Source of the DNA: Ignavibacteriota bacterium
Lineage (GTDB): Bacteria > Bacteroidota > Ignavibacteria > UBA10030
DNA: 64,000 bases
Direction: 5' to 3'
Assembly: GCA_963701295.1 (NCBI GenBank)
Contig: OY969585.1
Coordinates: 512,827-576,826, forward strand
Of this stretch, positions 60,055-64,000 are shown one piece after another. Within the stretch, counting starts at the first letter, position 1, and each line of letters starts with the position of its first letter. Made by a program: the position numbers and the translations under genes. Below the pieces are notes generated by a model. It saw only the letters and a program-made list of their open reading frames with translations, had not been told where the DNA came from and did not search any database.

Positions 60055-61277
60055 ATATGTCCAAGAGCATCGACTATTTTCATACGGGATGCTTTGAGAG
60101 CGGGAATGATCGTCGACAAGACTGTTGTTACAATAATGAGCAGGAACACACCTGCAAAGATCTGGGGTACAAGGTCGACGAATAACGGATAGCCATTCGT
60201 GAATCCGGGTGGCGGCGGCATTGTCATTCCGGAATAATTGATCAAGAGTGATAACCCGAGCGCAATGATCAATCCAAGTCCGCCTCCGAGAATTCCAACG
60301 ACTAATCCTTCATAGAGGAAGTTCACAAGCAGCCTTACACGGGATGTGCCGACGGCAAGCTGGGTTCCAATTTCTTTCGTACGTTCAAATATGGACATCA
60401 TCATTGTGTTCGAACTGCTCAACACGACAATAACAAAGATGATAACCCCAAGGAATACAAAAATGGAATTGTATAATTGAACAACCGCTTTATAGAATGT
60501 CGCAAGTTCGTCCCACCTTTTTGAAACCGTATTGGGCAGAAGTTTGTCGAGAACCGAAGCCACCTCTTGTGTCTTTTCGGTTTCATCCAGAACGACAACC
60601 AGTTTTGAAACCTTTTGTGTGACAAGAAGCTGTTGGGCAGTATGCAGATTCACCATAAGCGCACGTTCATCGTATTCTGGGATTCCTGTCGAGTAAATAC
60701 CTGCAACCTTAACATCCATTGCGTTCAAGGCGCCTTTTGATGTTGTTGTCATGAGAGTGAGATACTCCCCGACTTTTGCTTTGAGAGTTTTCGCAAGTCC
60801 TCGTGCGACGATCACTTCCGCATCAGATTCGTTTTGTAGATTCTCCCCCAGAAACTTTCCGGTATCGACGTTCAGGGCAAATCCGGTAAGCTTGCTCTCC
60901 TTCTCCGGCTCAACACCGCGGCCAAGGAACACTGCAGACTTGTCGCCGTTCGAAAGGAGACCAGAGAATTCTATTCGTGCCATGGTGAATCGAACATGGT
61001 TCAGTGTGAGTATAATCCTAGTGATCTCCTGCACGTTATCTAGTCCAAACTGGAGTGGTTTTTCCTCTTCTACTTGAAAGAAGTCCTTGTGATAAATCTG
61101 AATATGTCCAAGCTGGCCACGGATGGTGCTTTCACGAAGTCCCCTGAAAGAAAACGAAATGAATCCACCGGCAAGAATGAGAGCCGTGGCACCGAATACG
61201 AGAACCAACCCTGTGATAATCGTCCTTCGTCGGTTACGAAACACATTCTTAAAAGCAAGTTTGATAAATTTAAACAT
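60051..61277 (-). CDS. ABC transporter permease, FtsX/LolE/MacB-type
   Basis: N-terminal TM segment, large periplasmic domain, C-terminal 3-TM FtsX domain. Confidence 0.8.
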   Translation of the reverse strand: MFKFIKLAFKNVFRNRRRTIITGLVLVFGATALILAGGFISFSFRGLRESTIRGQLGHIQIYHKDFFQVEEEKPLQFGLDNVQEITRIILTLNHVRFTMARIEFSGLLSNGDKSAVFLGRGVEPEKESKLTGFALNVDTGKFLGENLQNESDAEVIVARGLAKTLKAKVGEYLTLMTTTSKGALNAMDVKVAGIYSTGIPEYDERALMVNLHTAQQLLVTQKVSKLVVVLDETEKTQEVASVLDKLLPNTVSKRWDELATFYKAVVQLYNSIFVFLGVIIFVIVVLSSSNTMMMSIFERTKEIGTQLAVGTSRVRLLVNFLYEGLVVGILGGGLGLIIALGLSLLINYSGMTMPPPPGFTNGYPLFVDLVPQIFAGVFLLIIVTTVLSTIIPALKASRMKIVDALGHI

Positions 61278-61292
61278 TTTTTATTCTCCTCG

Positions 61293-61976
61293 TTAGGTTT
61301 GTCCGTCAACAATCTCGCCATCATGAAGCCGTATCACGCGTTTTGCATACTTTACCACAACAGGATCGTGTGTGGAAAACAGGAATGTTACATTGTCTTC
61401 TTCATTTAACGTACGCATCAGGTCAAGAATCTCCGCAGCGGTTGCAGAATCGATATTCGCAGTTGGTTCATCTGCAAGAACGAGCTGAGGATGGTTTACC
61501 AGAGCACGCGCGATTGCTACTCGTTGTCGCTGGCCGCCGGAAAGCTCATTAGGTTTATGATGGCGGTGTTCCCAGAGCTTGACTTCCCGCAGAATGCGTT
61601 CAACCAGAGTTCTTCGTTCTGCTGAACTCTTTGCGGTCAAGAGGAGAGGATATTCTACATTCTCATACGCCGTCAACACTGGGATAAGATTAAATGTCTG
61701 GAAAATGAACCCGATTTTTTCGAGGCGGAGTTTGTGATGGTTCGAACGACCGTTGTATGTGATCCTGACGCCATCAAAAAACACCTCCCCGCTTGTTGGA
61801 GAGTCGATGAATCCGAGAAGGTTCAGCAAAGTGGTTTTTCCACTCCCTGATGGACCACATATCGTAGCGAACTCACCTCGCTCCATTTTCATTGTAACGT
61901 TATGGAGTGCCGGAATGATTACTTTTCCAAGTTCATAGCGTTTCACAATATTTTCTGTTTGTATGAGAGCATTCAC
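61293..61976 (-). CDS. ABC transporter ATP-binding protein (LolD/MacB-type)
   Basis: Walker A GPSGSGKTT. Signature LSGGQRQRVAIARAL. GTG start with an RBS (AGGAGA); the ORF is open to 62042. Confidence 0.8.
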   Translation of the reverse strand: MNALIQTENIVKRYELGKVIIPALHNVTMKMERGEFATICGPSGSGKTTLLNLLGFIDSPTSGEVFFDGVRITYNGRSNHHKLRLEKIGFIFQTFNLIPVLTAYENVEYPLLLTAKSSAERRTLVERILREVKLWEHRHHKPNELSGGQRQRVAIARALVNHPQLVLADEPTANIDSATAAEILDLMRTLNEEDNVTFLFSTHDPVVVKYAKRVIRLHDGEIVDGQT

Positions 61977-61996
61977 AATGTGTATCTCCTGAATGG

Positions 61997-62647
61997 TTAT
62001 ATGAGTTCTTTTAATTCTTCCTTTGCTTTTGCCGCCATCCAAGATTCTGGAGTGAGTGAAACAGTCTTTTGAAGCAGCTCTTTTGCTTTCTTAGTTTGAT
62101 TATCATGCTTATATGCGATGCCAGCCCAAAGAAAGATTTTCGATTGAAGGCTCATATCGAAGTACGAAAATTCACGGCAGTTCAATAAATAGTCAAAGTC
62201 TTTCAATGCAATCGATAATCTCTTGAACATGGAAGGTAGTTGTACATTGTTGATACCTCTGACAATCCGAACTGTGACATTCGTCGGCATCAATTCGACT
62301 GCTTTATCCATTTCATCTATTCCTTTATCCACACGGCTCATCTTTGTAAATGGCCACCATGCATCCCTTGCCCGCATTGTCCAGAGACTACCGCGGTATA
62401 CTAATGCTACACCGTTAGTTGGTTCAAGCTCCAAGGCTTTGTCAAGATAGGTCATTCCTTTTTCGACAGCCTCCTTATTTCCATCGGCACCCTGGTCATG
62501 ATACACCCTCCCAAGTTGAACCAGCGTATGGACATCATTCGGATTTTTGGTCAGTGCATTCTCAAGGTCTTGAATTGTTACTTGTGCCATGGATGTGTTT
62601 ATTAATAACCATCCAAACATAATAGAAAATGTAATTGCGTGTTTCAC
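61997..62647 (-). CDS. Secreted TPR-repeat protein
   Basis: Signal peptide MKHAITFSIMFGWLLINTSMA. TPR-like helices. Confidence 0.6.
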   Translation of the reverse strand: MKHAITFSIMFGWLLINTSMAQVTIQDLENALTKNPNDVHTLVQLGRVYHDQGADGNKEAVEKGMTYLDKALELEPTNGVALVYRGSLWTMRARDAWWPFTKMSRVDKGIDEMDKAVELMPTNVTVRIVRGINNVQLPSMFKRLSIALKDFDYLLNCREFSYFDMSLQSKIFLWAGIAYKHDNQTKKAKELLQKTVSLTPESWMAAKAKEELKELI

Positions 62648-62871
62648 GGTGATACTCCTTTTAATAAGACATGTTGGTGAACTACGATGACAAAATAATA
62701 TTGAATGCGAGAGTAAAACAGAATAAACCGACGGAAGGACGAAAGAGGGGGATGAAATTCACAATAAGGCAATGAAATGCATCTACTGATAAAAAATTAT
62801 TGAAATTCGATCATCCCTACAATCAGTGGTTGCTCAATGGACCAAATCATTCTTCGATTTAAAAATATATT

Positions 62872-63031
62872 CTTCGGACCGATCTGACGAAAACGAATAC
62901 CATTTTCTCTCATCGGGGCTTTAGGTGGTTATGCATTATTATTTTATCAGGTGCCGTTCTGGGGCATATCCGATTTCAAGCAATCCATGGATAAGCACAG
63001 CGTATGGTGCAGGTATGGGATTTATCTTGAC
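62872..63031 (+). repeat. Degenerate direct-repeat copy (about 90% identical) of 55778-55937, part of the 55743-56066 gene; non-coding remnant with stops
   Basis: cgaaaacgaatacc(g/a)ttttctctcatcggggctttaggtggttatgcattattattttatcaggtgccgttctggggcatatccgatttcaagcaatccatggataagcacagc is shared by both copies. Confidence 0.75.
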
Positions 63032-63102
63032 AATCGGGAAACGTAAAAAGGAACGAACTTGAAGTCTACAATCAATTCGTTACAATATGTGGAAAGCTTT
63101 TT

Positions 63103-63285
63103 TTAATTCTGTTGCACTGCCTGCATTGGGCAAGAACTAACGCAATCCATACATTCTGCACATTTGCTGTCATCAATAAAGGGCAATCCTTTGCCGTCTT
63201 GAGATATCGCTTCCATAGGACAAACTCTAATAATAGGACAACGATGGTTCTGCGGACACAAATCAGGATTTATTGTAAGTGCCAT
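63103..63285 (-). CDS. Small 4Fe-4S ferredoxin-like protein
   Basis: CPQNHRCPIIRVCP and CAECMDCVSSCP Cys clusters. Confidence 0.55.
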   Translation of the reverse strand: MALTINPDLCPQNHRCPIIRVCPMEAISQDGKGLPFIDDSKCAECMDCVSSCPMQAVQQN

Positions 63286-63436
63286 AGTATAATTTTCAAA
63301 TTATTTAAGAATCCATATTTCTAATTCAAGTGTTCAGTAATAGGATGCAGAATTGGATAGAAAGGGTTCAAATAAGAAAAGAAAAATAATTATCAGTAGC
63401 AGAAATTAAGCAGCGCATTACGGCTATAGCAGGGGA

Positions 63437-63694
63437 CTATTTCTTTGTCATCATCGATGACAAACCAGCTATCAACTTTCTATGGGTTTGATTTGAAATG
63501 CCCGGAGCAGGACAATTCCGATAGAGGAATACGGTTTTTTTAAGTGAATCAAGTTGTTTGGAGCACTTCAGACAAGTTTGAAGATGTTTTTTGATTGCGC
63601 GGCATTTTCGGGAATTCAAATATTCATCCAGATTCTCGCAGACATACTTTGCCACTTCGGTACATCGCAATTTGTTTACAGATTTCGTTTTCAT
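63437..63694 (-). CDS. Zinc-finger anti-sigma factor (zf-HC2-like)
   Basis: ...HLQTCLKCSKQ... H/C motif. Its start overlaps the stop of the upstream sigma-factor gene. Confidence 0.55.
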   Translation of the reverse strand: MKTKSVNKLRCTEVAKYVCENLDEYLNSRKCRAIKKHLQTCLKCSKQLDSLKKTVFLYRNCPAPGISNQTHRKLIAGLSSMMTKK

Positions 63695-64000
63695 ATTTCC
63701 ATGTACTCCTGAAGTTGTTTACGAAGAAACACGCGTGCTCGGCGGAGCCTGGATTTTACTGCCGGAATAGAAACCTTCAGTATCTTTGCAGCTTCTTCTG
63801 ACGATCGGCCTTCAACGTCGCGTAAAATGAAAACAATCCGCTGCTCTATCGGGAGTTTCAGAATAGCTTTATCGAGAAGCTCACGAAGTTCCTTGTTCAC
63901 CAGTTCATCCTGCGGTGTCTCTGTTAATGATACAAACGTTTGAAGCGGTGCCCCATCGCTTTTATGTTCCGAATCTTTCTGTATGCTATCAGGTGATTCA
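63691..64000 (-). CDS. ECF (sigma-70 family) RNA polymerase sigma factor; its 5' part lies beyond the window edge
   Basis: Region-4 helix-turn-helix ...EQRIVFILRDVEGRSSEEAAKILKVSIPAVKSRLRRAR. The frame is open to position 64000. Confidence 0.7.
   Translation of the reverse strand, partial: ESPDSIQKDSEHKSDGAPLQTFVSLTETPQDELVNKELRELLDKAILKLPIEQRIVFILRDVEGRSSEEAAKILKVSIPAVKSRLRRARVFLRKQLQEYMEI

Noticed and set aside
1-64000. CRISPR arrays
   Set aside because: No regularly spaced short direct repeats were seen anywhere in the window. The WD40-gene periodicity at 36.2-38 kb is protein-repeat derived.

Overview
The window is a 64-kb bacterial chromosomal segment of roughly 40% GC. Gene content suggests the Bacteroidota/Chlorobi/Ignavibacteria (FCB) group, but that is a guess only.

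The left 16 kb is core-like:
- a TPR protein, a LolB-like lipoprotein and a coiled-coil M23 peptidase, followed by tRNA-Pro
- an unusual 899-aa protein of about 11 TPR-like units separated by ER/K-rich single-helix spacers, followed by a TonB-C-terminal-domain protein whose N-terminus carries the same units
- a TetR–TolC–membrane-fusion–RND efflux operon whose TolC and membrane-fusion genes each carry a frameshift
- nfnAB.

A tRNA-His/tRNA-Glu pair at 16.1–16.4 kb is followed immediately by two convergent, 3'-overlapping tyrosine recombinases and about 32 kb of accessory DNA:
- cysteine-rich hypothetical genes
- an intact IS3-family element, about 22691–23993, with a programmed -1 frameshift
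- an extended ars operon: arsR, thioredoxin-like, arsP, thioredoxin-like, TlpA-like, ccdA, NifX-like, ProC-like, arsC, acr3, preceded by a degenerate sigma54-activator-like regulator
- a truncated AbiE toxin–antitoxin pair
- IS481 and FHA gene remnants.

The accessory DNA ends in a defence cluster of four large minus-strand genes:
- a GC-rich DUF4062–NACHT–WD40 STAND NTPase
- a SLOG–SLATT membrane protein
- a TIR–beta-propeller protein
- an AAA+ ATPase with a C-terminal RyR domain.

A 69-bp solo copy of the IS3 right end lies inverted at 48309–48377. The cargo segment from about 24.0 to 48.3 kb is therefore bracketed by inward-facing IS termini.

The right part holds a sulfur-respiration cluster (rhodanese, YedE/YeeE, cytochrome b, monoheme and multiheme cytochrome c, MerR), a frameshifted methyltransferase and thioredoxin. 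A LytS/LytTR two-component system with an outer-membrane protein, a LolA-like protein, an FtsX/ABC pair and a TPR protein is bracketed by about 150-bp direct repeats derived from a small gene. The window ends with a ferredoxin, an anti-sigma factor and a partial ECF sigma factor.

At least five genes carry single-nucleotide frameshifts: tolC, the membrane-fusion gene, the methyltransferase, the LolA-like gene and the FHA gene. This points either to indel-type assembly errors or to gene decay.
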